Source of the DNA: Macrostomum lignano
Taxonomy: Eukaryota
DNA length: 59,028 nucleotides
NCBI GenBank assembly: GCA_002269645.1
Contig: NIVC01004126.1
Location: 1-59,028 of the forward strand
Direction of reading: 5' to 3'
In this document: piece after piece, positions 22,223 through 34,375 of the stretch
Layout of the letters: the number at the start of each line of letters is the position of its first letter
Position numbering within the stretch: position 1 is the first letter of the stretch
Program-made: the position numbers and the translations under genes
The notes under the pieces: model-generated
What the model was told of the DNA's origin: nothing
Seen by the model: the letters and a program-made list of their open reading frames with translations, nothing else
Database searches by the model: none

Positions 22223-25200
22223 TTACATTCTGGAATTGGACTCCAACTCAACCTGGACAGAATCCTGACTCACAGCCGACTGTATCATCTCCGAGCACCC
22301 AGCAACAGATGAGGCCACGGTTGGGACACTGCCGGTATTGGTGCAATTGTTGTTGAAGTTGTTGTTGGCGCCAGGGCCGCCGTTGTTCCGGTTGCGGGGC
22401 GCAGCGACTCTGTGGAATTTGTAGCCGATGGCCAGGCCGATGTAGATGAGCAGCTCGAGCAGCTCGCAAACTGTCAGAATGGAAATTCCCGACCAAAGAC
22501 CCAAGGCACCTGCAATTTTAGGCATGAGATGCGAAAGCTGACATTCCTGGGAGACTTGGGATCCAGGGTCACTGAGTACAGAACCTGCTCATTGTCACCT
22601 CCAATGTCGGCCACGAGGTTCTTGGCCGGGTAGGCCTCCTCCTCCAAGATCTCCTGGCCGAATGACGTCCAGGCCTGAACCGTCAGCTGAGCCAGTCGGT
22701 TCTGCAGCACCGTCAGCTCGTTTTGAAAGCTCAGGATTTCTGTCGCGCTCCGATTGCTGACAGGAATGGCCGAATCCCTCAGGGATCTCAGGTAGATGCT
22801 GTAGATGCTGTTCAGGCCCCTCAGGCCGCTGGGGTTGCTGCCGTATCCAAACGCGGTGGCCAGGGTTTTCAGAAACGAGAACGACTGCAGACCGTTCAGG
22901 TTCGGCCACGGATAGGTGATGTGGCGGACGCTGTACTCGGCTGTACGGCAGGGAGACTGGCACAGCCGGACCGCAGCAAACTGGTACTCCAGCACCTTCG
23001 ACTTCTGCTCTCTGTAGCACATGTCCGTTTCTATGGACACGTTTCCAGCGGCTTGAAAATCAAAACAGTAGGTGTAATTCGAAAAGTACTCCACCGGAAT
23101 CGGCAGGAACGACGGCAGGCAGTGGCATTCCGCGATGAACTTCTTCACAACGTGTCTGTTGATGCAGTCGTCTCGGTCAGTCAGCTTGAATTCTGAGTCG
23201 AATTCCGACAGCGAACTGCAAATTTGGGAAATGCGTGGAACTTTTGCAAACCTGGCAGTCACACTCGCACAAGCTAAAGCCTATGGTCCATACCTCAATG
23301 CACCTTGCTTCTGCTTTCGAAGCTGCACTTCCATTGCGGCAACTTTCAGCCACCAATCAGTCACCATGAAAACCGCATTTAAGTCGAAACTGTAGCTGTA
23401 AAGGGAATCATTGATCAGTCAGTGCGCAGTCTTCACGGCGATAAAATATTTCTGCATGAAGACTCACTCCGGGTTCTCATTAAATGGAGCCGACTTCCAT
23501 GACGGCAGTCGGTAGGTGATTGGCTCCGTAGTCTCAAGGCAAGGCCTCGATGAGGTGGACAGTCTGGAGTACTTGTCGAACCTCAGCTGCACATCCATGC
23601 GCTGAGCGGTGGCCACATCGATTCCCTTCGAGGCCCACGGGAACGAGCTATCCGGGACGATGACCGCCTGCGGGTTCGCGGTTGAGCAGCCAAGCTCAGA
23701 GATTGCGTGAGACATTGAGACGCTCAGCGACCGACGAAGACTCACCTTGAATGCGACCTGAGTCGCATCGGAGCCGCGGCTGTCTCGCACTACCCGCGTC
23801 AGCTTGTCGATGTTGGACACCGTCTGACCCTTGGAGTCTGTCGAGTCCGTGAAGTACTTGATGGACAGCTGGCTCTCCGCCAACTGCGTGCTGGTCATGT
23901 TGGCGGTGAAGCGCTGCTTGAGAAACTTGTGGCACATGCCCAGCTGCGGGTGGGCGACGTTCACAAAGTCGTCCTTGGTGCACTTCTGGCCAGCGAAGCT
24001 GCAGTCGGCGAGGCCGGCGTTGAGGTCGCTGCCGAACTGTCGGGCCAGCAGGTGGCTGCCGACTGAGTCTCTGACGGCGCCCGTCACGCTGGGGACCGTG
24101 GCATCTGTTAAATGTTATGTGAATGCGGGATCAGGAAAGATATTTTTAATGAGAATTTCCTACTATCAATCGGTTGTTCAACAAAGGGCTCTAAAGACCC
24201 TGAAAAAGCGACTTACAACACAGCGGGATCTCGCAGGGCTCAAAGTCAGCATCAAAGAGACCGCCCCAGCCCATGATGTCCGGGATGCAGCCCGGCACAT
24301 CAGACATTTCTTGTGCGAAGCGACTGAAGTTATGTTTTTATAAATTGAAGCAGAGGCTGAGTTAAACATATTTAAAGTTTTATGCAGCAGAAGTCAAAGA
24401 AAGAATTCGATATAGGAAGATTTTCTTACGAAGCCTCGTGCGTACTAAAGTACGAGCCGTGGTCGATAACGATCTGCGCCGATCGGCAGAAATTGTCGCT
24501 GCTGTTGGGATTGAAGTCCGGAGTCTGAATGTGAAATCCGAACTGCTTGTGGTAACCTGTGAGTAGTCGGCGTTTGCAAGTCATGGATATGAATATGAAC
24601 TCGGGCATTTTATCGCATTCTGTGCATGCAGCGGTCGCATAGTTACCCATTCTTATGTACGTATCCTCTTGTATCTTCTCCAGCTTACTCCACGGCACGC
24701 ACGGCTTCCCAGTGATTGTGTAGTTTTTCCTACCGGTGTACCGGGCCCGAGTCAGCCGCTCAAGGGTCTTGTTCTCAGAGCTCACGATGCAGTCGTAAGC
24801 ACCTGACATCGCTGAAAAAGTGTAGCATTCGTGCGGTGTAACCGAGGAGACAATCCTCGGTATGGCAAACTCACTCACGGCAGAAGGGCACATCGCAGAA
24901 CGCAGCGCCCAGCCTGTCTCGCTCATCAGTGAAGAAGCAGTAGGGCCCGTGCGAGAAGACTGTGAGGTTGCTGAAGTTTCCCACCTGCAGCGGCCTCGGC
25001 TCTGCAAGCGGATTGAGCCTCGGCTAGAGTTATAGAGGCTTCTGCTGACGAGAATTCAAGAGACTCACCTGTGTCTCCGATCTGCAGCACCGTGATGGCG
25101 GTTGCTGACCCGCAGTGCTGCTGATCGTTGCTGGCGCAGCGACTGCTGCAGACGCCGCTGTCATTGCCGGAGCTTGGGGGACTCGCTCCGCACAGGCAGC

Positions 25201-26354
25201 TGTCAACTTGCAGCGCGATGTGGCTGAAGTCGAGCGAAGCGCAACAGTGAGCGCAGGTCTCGTGAGTCACAATGCCTTCCGTGTCGCAGGTGTAGTTGAA
25301 TTCATGGTCGGTGAAGTTCGCCTCAAAGCAACCAACAAGCCGCAGCGTGGGGCCTGTAATTCCAGGTTCGGTTGGAATGTCGAATAAAGCCGAATAAAGC
25401 TTGCAAAACAATCTCTTGACTCACGATTCGCGATGGGGAAAAAATCGGACAGCGGGAGCCCTGGCGGGGAGCGACAGCGAGACTCGCTGTCGGAGAAGTT
25501 CAGCGCCAGCAGTCGGTCAGCGAGGCTGTGTGTTAAACTGGTGTTCACACTTCTCAGCCTCTGAGCCGCATCGTTCCATTGCATGCACTGCCTGTACGTC
25601 CTGAATGGCGGCAGCACGCCAGAAATGTTCGAAGCCGTGACTCGCATCTTCGTCCGATCGTAGACAACCGCAACACTGGCGTTGCCCGAGTAATCCTCAC
25701 CGGAGAGCGTGGTCCTGCACTCCACTCTGCCTGAGAAGTTCGTTGCACAGTGGGAATCACTGAACTACTCATAAAATACTGAGAAAGATGAACTTGTAGA
25801 TGCAGATATATTAGGAACTCACTGCTCTTGGGAAACTGCAGCTCGGCCATGAGCGACCTCTCGGCACTCTGCAGCACATTCATCAGAGCTTGCGCCGGCT
25901 TGTTCTGCGCAGCGTAGTTCCCAGACTCCAAGTCGAACTCATAGAAGTGTATCTTGAAATCGATCTGGACTGTCCTGTCATTCTCTCTCCAGTTGATTAG
26001 GCCTATCGGCATCTGCTCAATGGCCCTGCTCAGTGTGACGGCTTGTGCGGGACAGATGTACACATCCGGGAACTCGTACGACAGCGTGGACATTGTCATG
26101 GTGGTGAGCACCGGGGCGGTGAGGAACCTGCCGAACAGGGTGTACAGGTGGTAGACGAAGCCGCTGTAGGTGCCGAGCAGGAAGGCCAGCCAGATCATCC
26201 TGCCGAGCAGGCTGGACTGGTGAGCGAAGCGACCGAGTCCGTGCGCGGTGGTGTAGTCCAGGAAGCTGGCCACGAACTGGCGCAGATTCCTGTCGCTGCG
26301 TGAGGAGTCGGCAACGACAGCGTTGCCGCTCGGCGTCTGAGCTGCTGCGCTCAT
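22223..26354 (-). CDS. DEG/ENaC channel subunit with kringle-WSC-kringle insertion (paralog 2, ~1069 aa)
   Basis: Phase-consistent exons: 26354-25823, 25730-25425, 25353-25069, 25001-24879, 24811-24647, 24556-24430, 24323-24217, 24104-23746, 23667-23468, 23395-23294, 23215-22599, 22509-22223. Same intron phases and motifs as paralog 1 (TTAHG, FPDVYIC, LVADIGGALGLWSGISILTVCELLEL). Confidence 0.92.
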
Positions 26355-26984
26355 TTCAGCTCAAGGCAGTCAGTGACTTTCAGGCGTCCGTCTGTCTCAC
26401 GGGTCAGCGCCGCGCAAAAACATGGGGCAGGTTTTCCCAGACAAATGCTGTTGTTTTCAACCTCTTTGCCGGGCCGCTCAGCATGCAGGTAATTGGCCAA
26501 AGTGGATTGTTTTCCAGCAACATCGCCCACCCAGCGGAGGCTGGGATGCCGCAACCTTTGGCTCAGGCAGATAAGGCGAGAGATGCATGCAATTACAATA
26601 AATTTTGCACGGCCAGTCACCTGGCTGCACGCTGGGCTGACTGGAGGCTTGTGCTCAGGCCGGCTCAAAGCATTGGGCCCGGCCTCGCAGTGGTGGAGGG
26701 GCAGAGAAGCTGGCGGCGTTTGAGCTGTCGGCCAGCCGTTTAACTGCCAAAGTCAATCAGTTTTAGGGCTGAGACCCGCAGCAGCTCAATGTGCAAAAAA
26801 TAATTGCAAATCAATAGTCTGCAGGTGCTGTAAAAATAGACATTTCAATTTTTACAGTCACGAAGCAAAAATTGATTTCGGTAACAGTAATTGTTGCAAT
26901 GCTGGGCTGAACATTTCAACACCAATTTCAGAAATGCTTTTTGAGCTGCTTGCTGCTTAATGAGCAGGAACCAAAGCACACTGA

Positions 26985-28062
26985 AGCTGCTGATCAAACG
27001 GGAATCAAGACAGCAGGTGTCACACTGCAGCTGCTGATCAAACGGGAATCAAGGCAGCAGGTGTCACACTGCAGCTGCTGATCAAACGGGAATCAAGGCA
27101 GCAGGTGTCACACTGCAGCTTCTGATCAAACGGGAATCAAGACAGCAGGTGTCACACTACAGCTGCTGATCAAACGGGAATCAAGGCAGCAGGTGTCACA
27201 CTGCAGCTGCTGATCAAACGGGAATCAAGACAGCAGGTGTCACACTGCAGCTGCTGATCAAACGGGAATCAAGACAGCAGGTGTCACACTGCAGCTGCTG
27301 ATCAAACGGGAATCAAGACAGCAGGTGTCACACTGCAGCTGCTGATCAAACGGGAATCAAGACAGCAGGTGTCACACTGCAGCTGCTGATCAAACGGGAA
27401 TCAAGGCAGCTGGTGTCACACTGCAGCTGCTGATCAAACGGGAATCAAGACAGCAGGTGTCACACTGCAGCTGCTGATCAAACGGGAATCAAGGCAGCAG
27501 GTGTCACACTGCAGCTGCTGATCAAACGGGAATCAAGGCAGCAGGTGTCACACTGCAGCTGCTGATCAAACGGGAATCAAGGCAGCAGGTGCCACACTGC
27601 AGCTGCTGATCAAACGGGAATCAAGGCAGCAGGTGCCACACTGCAGCTGCTGATCAAACGGGAATCAAGGCAGCAGGTGTCACACTGCAGCTGCTGATCA
27701 AACGGGAATCAAGACAGCAGGTGTCACACTGCAGCTGCTGATCAAACGGGAATCAAGACAGCAGGTGTCACACTGCAGCTGCTGATCAAACGGGAATCAA
27801 GGCAGCAGGTGTCACACTGCAGCTGCTGATCAAACGGGAATCAAGGCAGCAGGTGTCACACTGCAGCTGCTGATCAAACGGGAATCAAGGCAGCAGGTGT
27901 CACACTGCAGCTGCTGATCAAACGGGAATCAAGGCAGCAGGTGTCACACTGCAGCTGCTGATCAAACGGGAATCAAGGCAGCAGGTGTCACACTGCAGCT
28001 GCTGATCAAACGGGAATCAAGGCAGCAGGTGTCACACTGCAGCTGCTGATCAAACGGGAATC
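26985..28062. repeat. 44-bp tandem array (gctgctgatcaaacgggaatcaaggcagcaggtgtcacactgca)
   Basis: ~24 near-perfect units. Confidence 0.97.
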
Positions 28063-28426
28063 ATCTATCAGCAGTGAATGTAGATGATCTAGCGATGACT
28101 TTTTCATGGGGAAATTTATTATCTCTTTTCTGTAGGCGCTCATACATTGTAGGTGTTTGAATTGACACACCTGCAACAGAAAGGGCTTGCTAATTTACAT
28201 ATGAGTGGTTCAATAAATATCAGGATGTGCCTTGAATTCGTGTATTTGCGGGGAGCCGCTAGGCTACTCTGCAGTGTTGACAGAAGTTGCCAGTCCAAAT
28301 CTCATTCGAGGGCCTTTCAAGGGAATTTTGAGGGCCTTGCCGCCATCCTACAAACACATGCAGTTTGTAATGTACTTCGTAGAAAATGTAAGATGCTAAT
28401 TAGTGGACATACCCCCCGCAAGGGGA

Positions 28427-28760
28427 GGTCAGCTTCATCCAGTAACCAGAGGTCAGCCACATCCAGTAACCAGAGGTCAGCCTCATCCAGTAACCAGAGG
28501 TCAGCCTCATCCAGTAACCAGAGGTCAGCCTCATCCAGTAACCAGAGGTCAGCCTCATCCAGTAACCAGAGGTCAGCCTCATCCAGTAACCAGAGGTCAG
28601 CCTCACCCAGTAACCAGAGGTCAGCCTCATCCAGTAACCAGAGGTCAGCCTCATCCAGTAACCAGAGGTCAGCCTCATCCAGTAACCAGAGGTCAGCCTC
28701 ACCCAGTAACCAGAGGTCAGCCTCACCCAGTAACCAGAGGTCAGTCTCATCCGGTAACTA
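28427..28760. repeat. 24-bp tandem array (tcagcctcatccagtaaccagagg)
   Basis: Visible. Confidence 0.95.
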
Positions 28761-29211
28761 AATAGGTTTATTAACTAACCAGCTAGGCCTGACCCATAGA
28801 CATTTCGTACGCGGCGCAGAAGTCTGTCGAAAATGTAGACAACCAAGACAAACTGGGCCAGACCCACAGAATACACCAGAATGCTCAATCAAGCTCCCTG
28901 CGAAAAATTTTTGAGGCAAAAACTATTCGCTAGCTACGCTACTTCTAAGGTGAAGTGATTTGTGAGTAGTGCTGGCTTTTTTTCATCAACCCGAGTGTAT
29001 TGAGATCGATTTTGCCATAGACGATGTTTTTCGCTTGTCTTGTCTTTTTCTTGTTTTATATTTCGGCTTTCGATTTGGAAGCTGATTGAGCATTCTGGTG
29101 TATTCTGTGGCCAAACCGTTTTGAGTAGCTGCACACGGCATTTTAATAAGAGCGCTCTAAACTCGAAATAAACAATTCGATTGGAAGCTGAACGGTGTGG
29201 TGAACTCAACG

Positions 29212-31450
29212 ATGCAGCTCAATCAGCTTATCGCATGTTTGATCATCCTTTCTGCAGCCATTCGTAAGTTTCTCCCTTATCAGCTCGATTCGATTCTAAT
29301 ATTCCAGGTTCGTCGAACCACTCATGGTAGCTCGTACTCGTTGAACCTGGCGAAACTGCAGACAGAGCAGCGTCCTTGGAATGCCTGGTTGCCGTGGACT
29401 TCAGCCAGCAAAACTACTCGGAGCCCTGCGCCTCCTTCCACACCGGCTGCTTCGAGAGAATCCAGCTGGCCAGCGATGAGAGGACTCTCGTGAGGCTGTA
29501 CTGCGACTTCGCCTGTGCGGGACACCTGCCTCTCTGACCCTTCAGTCCCTACCTCTCTGACCCTCCAGTCCCTGCCTCTCTGACCCTCCAGTCCCTGCCT
29601 CTCTGACCCTCCAGTCCCTGCCTCGCTGACCCTCCAGTCCCTGCCTCTTTTTACCCTCCAGTCCCTGCCTCTTTTTACCCTCCAGTCCCTGCCTCTCTGA
29701 CCCTCCAGTCCCTGCCTCTTTTTACCCTCCAGTCCCTGCCTCTCTGACCCTCCAGTCCCTGCCTCTTTTTACCCTCCAGTCCCTGCCTCTTTTTACCCTC
29801 CAGTCCCTGCCTCTCTGACCCTCCAGTCCCTGTCTCTTTTTACCATCCAGTCCCTGCCTCTTTTTACCCTCCAGTCCCTGCCTCTTTTTACCCTCCAGTC
29901 CCTGCCTCTCTGACCCTCCAGTCCCTGTCTCTTTTTACCATCCAGTCCCTGCCTCTTTTTACCCTCCAGTCCCTGCCTCTTTTTACCCTCCAGTCCCTGC
30001 CTCTTTTTACCCTCCAGTCCCTGCCTCTCTGACCCTCCAGTCCCTGCCTCTTTTTACCCTCCAGTCCCTGCCTCTCTGACCCTCCAGTCCCTGCCTCTTT
30101 TTACCCTCCAGTCCCTGCCTCTCTGACCCTCCAGTCCCTGCCTCTTTTTACCCTCCAGTCCCTGCCTCTCTGACCCTCCAGTCCCTGCCTCTTTTTACCC
30201 TCCGGTCCCTGGCTAGTTTAGAACAAAAACTAGCTGACGAATTCATGACTCGTGCAGTTCTGGCTCATAAAAGCCAGCCCCAGAGACACAGAGAGTGTAC
30301 ATACCTGGAGCCAGCCCCAGAGACACAGAGAGTGTACATACCTGGCAACGAGAAAGTCAGGACCGCTGTACACCCTGTCTGAGCTGTGCGTGCATGAGAG
30401 TATTTATCCATGCGCGCCCACCCCCGTGCAAACTGATGACTGATTAACCTCTGCCGCAGGTTTACGAAGCGCACTGCGCCAAAGGCGACGAGTGCAAGCA
30501 GGACCCGTCGAACTGCCTGGTCTGCAGCGGTGCAGACAGGTGCAACACGGGCTTGTTGAAGCGAGTCGAGCAGAAGCACAGCCAGTGCTACAGCTACAGC
30601 GGAGATGTCAGGCAGATCTTCTATGGCGACAAGAAGGAGTACGTGCCGCAGGTGAAGGAGGAGCCCGCCTACTGCGGTGCCGGCATCAACAGCTGCCATC
30701 GAATTGAGCTCACCGAACCGGATCCCAACTTCGCGACTGGCTACTCTGTGAGGCACGGCCCAGCCATTCTTGAAACTTCGGAACTCTAAAAGGGACATTC
30801 CCAAATCCTCCTGAACCCCGCAGGACATCCCAAATCCTCCTGAGCCCCGCAGGACATCCCAAATCCTGAGCCCCGCAGGACATCCCAAATCCTGAGCCCC
30901 GCAGGACATCCCAAATCCTCCTGAACCCCGGAGGACATCCCAAATCCTCCTGAACCCCGCAGGACATCCCAAATCCTCCTGAGCCCCGCAGGACATCCCA
31001 AATCCTCCTGAACCCCGCAGGACATCCCAAATCCTCCTGAGCCCCGCAGGACACCCGCCAATCCTCCTGAGCCCCGCAGGACACCCCCAATCCTCCTGAG
31101 CCCCGCAGGACACCCCCAATCCTCCTGAGCCCCGCAGGACACCCCCAATCCTCCTGAGCCCCGCAGGACACCCCCAATCCTCCTGAGCCCCGCAGGACAC
31201 CCCTAACAAAGTCAGCCTGATGGCAGGCTGCGGCAAATTTGACTGCCGGACTCTGCAGTTCGTGTCGGGCTGCCTGATCTGCGTGGGCCAGCTGTGCAAC
31301 AGCCTGCAGGCCAACGAAATCCCGGTCGGGTTCCAGTCCGATCAGGCCAGCGGAGTCGCGCCTGTGGCCTGTGGACTGTCCGAGTCGCTGCTGCTGCTGG
31401 CCGCTGCCGCTCTCGCTGCAGTGCAGGGCCGGCAGCAGCTCGGAGACTGA
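29212..31450 (+). CDS. Secreted, putatively GPI-anchored Ly6/uPAR (three-finger) protein with two LU domains (~240 aa)
   Basis: Exons 29212-29263, 29362-29489, 30460-30747, 31196-31450. Signal peptide MQLNQLIACLIILSAAI; domain 1 LEC..C..C..C..C..CLVCSGADRCN; domain 2 QCY..C..C..GCGKFDC..CLICVGQLCN; hydrophobic C-terminal tail SLLLLAAAALAAV. Confidence 0.8.
29528..30210. repeat. 23-24-bp pyrimidine-rich array (ccctccagtccctgcctctctga / ..ctcttttta) in LU-gene intron 2
   Basis: Visible. Confidence 0.95.
30270..30420 (+). mobile_element. Diverged SINE family A fragment
   Basis: gtgtacatacct..aaagtcaggaccgctgtacaccctg..tatccatgcgcg resembles ~12440-12525. Confidence 0.5.
30790..31203. repeat. 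~29-bp array (aatcctcctgagccccgcaggacaccccc) ending at the LU-gene exon 4 acceptor
   Basis: The last unit supplies the in-frame ccccgcag|gac acceptor. Confidence 0.9.
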
Positions 31451-31819
31451 AGATTCAAAAGTGATCGCTCGAGTCAAGAAAGTCTGCGATGAGAGGACAA
31501 AATCCCAGAATCCGAGGCTGAGTAGATGCTGAACAAGTTTTGTTTTTAGTTGCGAGCTTAGTTCTTTAAGGTGAGAAAGTAACCTGTAGCCTGCAGCTGC
31601 ACGCACTTTAGGTATCGTACAATTATATTTTGCTTTTACAAGACTCCGGCTCACTCGCAGCGGCAAAAGCTGACTCCCCGTCCAGCAGAGTCCAGCTGAG
31701 AAGCGATTGTTAAAGATTCTCTTCTCTGATCATTTCTGGTCGCCATGGACTGCACTGACAAGCTGGTCTAGTATTGGGACCAAGACAGCACGAATTTAAG
31801 GACTGCCCGTTTTATATTG

Positions 31820-32420
31820 GAGCTAGTGTCAATGCAGGTCTATGAGCATCAGGCTCACTGTGAATGCAGGTCTATGATCATCAGGCTAGTGTGAATGCAG
31901 GTCTATGACCATCAGGCTTAGTGTGAATGCAGGTCTATGACCATCAGGCTTAGTGTGAATGCAGGTCTATGACCATCAGGCTAGTGTTAATGCAGGTCTA
32001 TGACCATCAGGCTTAGTGTGAATGCAGGTCTATGACCATCAGGCTTAGTGTGAATGCAGGTCTATGACCATCAGGCTAGTGTGAATGCAGGTCTATGACC
32101 ATCAGGCTAGTGTGAATGCAGGTCTATGACCATCAGGCTAGTGTGAATGCAGGTATATGACCATCAGGCTAGTGTTAATGCAGGTCTATGACCATCAGGC
32201 TAGTGTGAATGCAGGTCTATGACCATCAGGCTAGTGTGAATGCAGGTCTATGACCATCAGGCTAGTGTGAATGCAGGTCTATGACCATCAGGCTTAGTGT
32301 GAATGCAGGTCTATGACCATCAGGCTAGTGTAAATGGTCTATGAGTAGTAGTGTAAATGCACTAGTGTAAATGGTGCAGGTCTATGACCATCTGGCTACA
32401 TGTAGTGTGAATGCAGTCTA
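31820..32420. repeat. 31-32-bp array (tagtgtgaatgcaggtctatgaccatcaggc)
   Basis: Visible. Confidence 0.95.
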
Positions 32421-32449
32421 TGAACATCAGACCATCAGGCTATGACCAA

Positions 32450-34375
32450 AGCACCCAAAACACAATCCAAAACACCCAATCACAAAACACGCAACCCCAA
32501 AACACAAACCTTAAAACACAAACCTTAAAACACACCACCCCAAAACACAAACCTTAAAGCACAAACCTTAAAACACACCACCCCAAAATACAAACCTTAA
32601 AACACACCACCCCAAAACACAAACCTTAAAGCACAAACCTTAAAACACACCACCCCAAAATACAAACCTTAAAACACACCACCCCAAAACACAAACCTTA
32701 AAGCACAAACCTTAAAACACACCACCCCAAAATACAAACCTTAAAACACACCACCCCAAAACACAAACCTTAAAACACAAACCTTAAAACACACCACCCC
32801 AAAATACAAACCTTAAAACACACCACCCCAAAACACAAACCTTAAAACACACCACCCCAAAACACAAACCTTAAAACACACCACCCCAAAACACAAACCT
32901 TAAAACACAAACCTTAAAACACAAACCCCAAAATACAAACCTTAAAACACACCACCCTAAAATACAAAACTTAAAACACACAACCCCAAAACACAAACCG
33001 TAAAACACACCACCCCAAAACACAAACCTTAAAACACACCACCCCAAAATACAAACCTTAAAACACACCACCCCAAAATACAAACTTTAAAACACACCAC
33101 CCCAAAATACAAACCTTAAAACACACCACCCCAAAACACAAACCTTAAAACACACCACCCCAAAACACAAACCTTAAAACACACCACCCTAAAATACAAA
33201 CCTTAAAACACACCACCCCAAAACACAAACCTTAAAACACACCACCCCAAAATACAAACCTTAAAACACACCACCCCAAAATACAAACCTTAAAACACAC
33301 CACCCTAAAATACAAACCTTAAAACACACCACCCCAAAACACAAACCTTAAAACACACAACCCCAAAACACAAACCTTAAAACACACCACCCCAAAATAC
33401 AAACCTTAAAACACACAACCCCAAAACACAAACCTTAAAACACACAACCCCAAAACACAAACCTTAAAACACACAACCCCAAAATACAAACCTTAAAACA
33501 CACAACCCCAAAACACAAACCTTAAAACACACCACCCCAAAATACAAACCTTAAAACACACCACCCCAAAATACAAACCTTAAAACACACCACCCCAAAA
33601 CACAAAACTTAAAACACACCACCCCAAAATACAAACCTTAAAACACACCACCCCAAAATACAAACCTTAAAACACACCACCCTAAAATACAAACCTTAAA
33701 ACACACAACCCCAAAACACAAACCTTAAAACACACCACCCCAAAACACAAACCTTAAAACACACCACCCCAAAATACAAACCTTAAAACACACCACCCCA
33801 AAATACAAACCTTAAAACACACCACCCCAAAACACAAACCTTAAAACACACCACCCCAAAATACAAACCTTAAAACACACCACCCCAAAATACAAACCTT
33901 AAAACACACCACCCTAAAATACAAACCTTAAAACACACAACCCCAAAACACAAACCTTAAAACACACAACCCCAAAACACAAACCTTAAAACACACCACC
34001 CCAAAATACAAACCTTAAAACACACAACCCCAAAATACAAACCTTAAAACACACCACCCCAAAATACAAACCTTAAAACACACAACCCCAAAATACAAAC
34101 CTTAAAACACACAACCCCAAAACACAAACCTTAAAACACACAACCCCAAAATACAAACCTTAAAACACACAACCCCAAAACACAAACCTTAAAACACACC
34201 ACCCCAAAACACAAACCTTAAAACAAACAACCCCAAAACACAAACCTTAAAACACACAACCCCAAAATACAAACCTTAAAACACACAACCCCAAAACACA
34301 AACCTTAAAACACACACCCCCAAAATACAAACCTTAAAACACACCACCCAAAACACAAACCTTAAAACACACCAA
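32450..34375. repeat. ~29-bp A/C-rich satellite (aaaacacaccaccccaaaatacaaacctt), ~1.9 kb
   Basis: Almost G-free on the + strand. Confidence 0.97.

Noticed and set aside
22723-23196. Antisense ORFs over channel exons (also 23831-24343, 1705-2046, 58458-59006)
   Set aside because: Shadow ORFs from GC-rich codon usage on the opposite strand
26985-28062. CRISPR-like appearance of the 44-bp (and 49-, 55-, 35-bp) arrays
   Set aside because: No unique spacers, no cas genes, eukaryotic context
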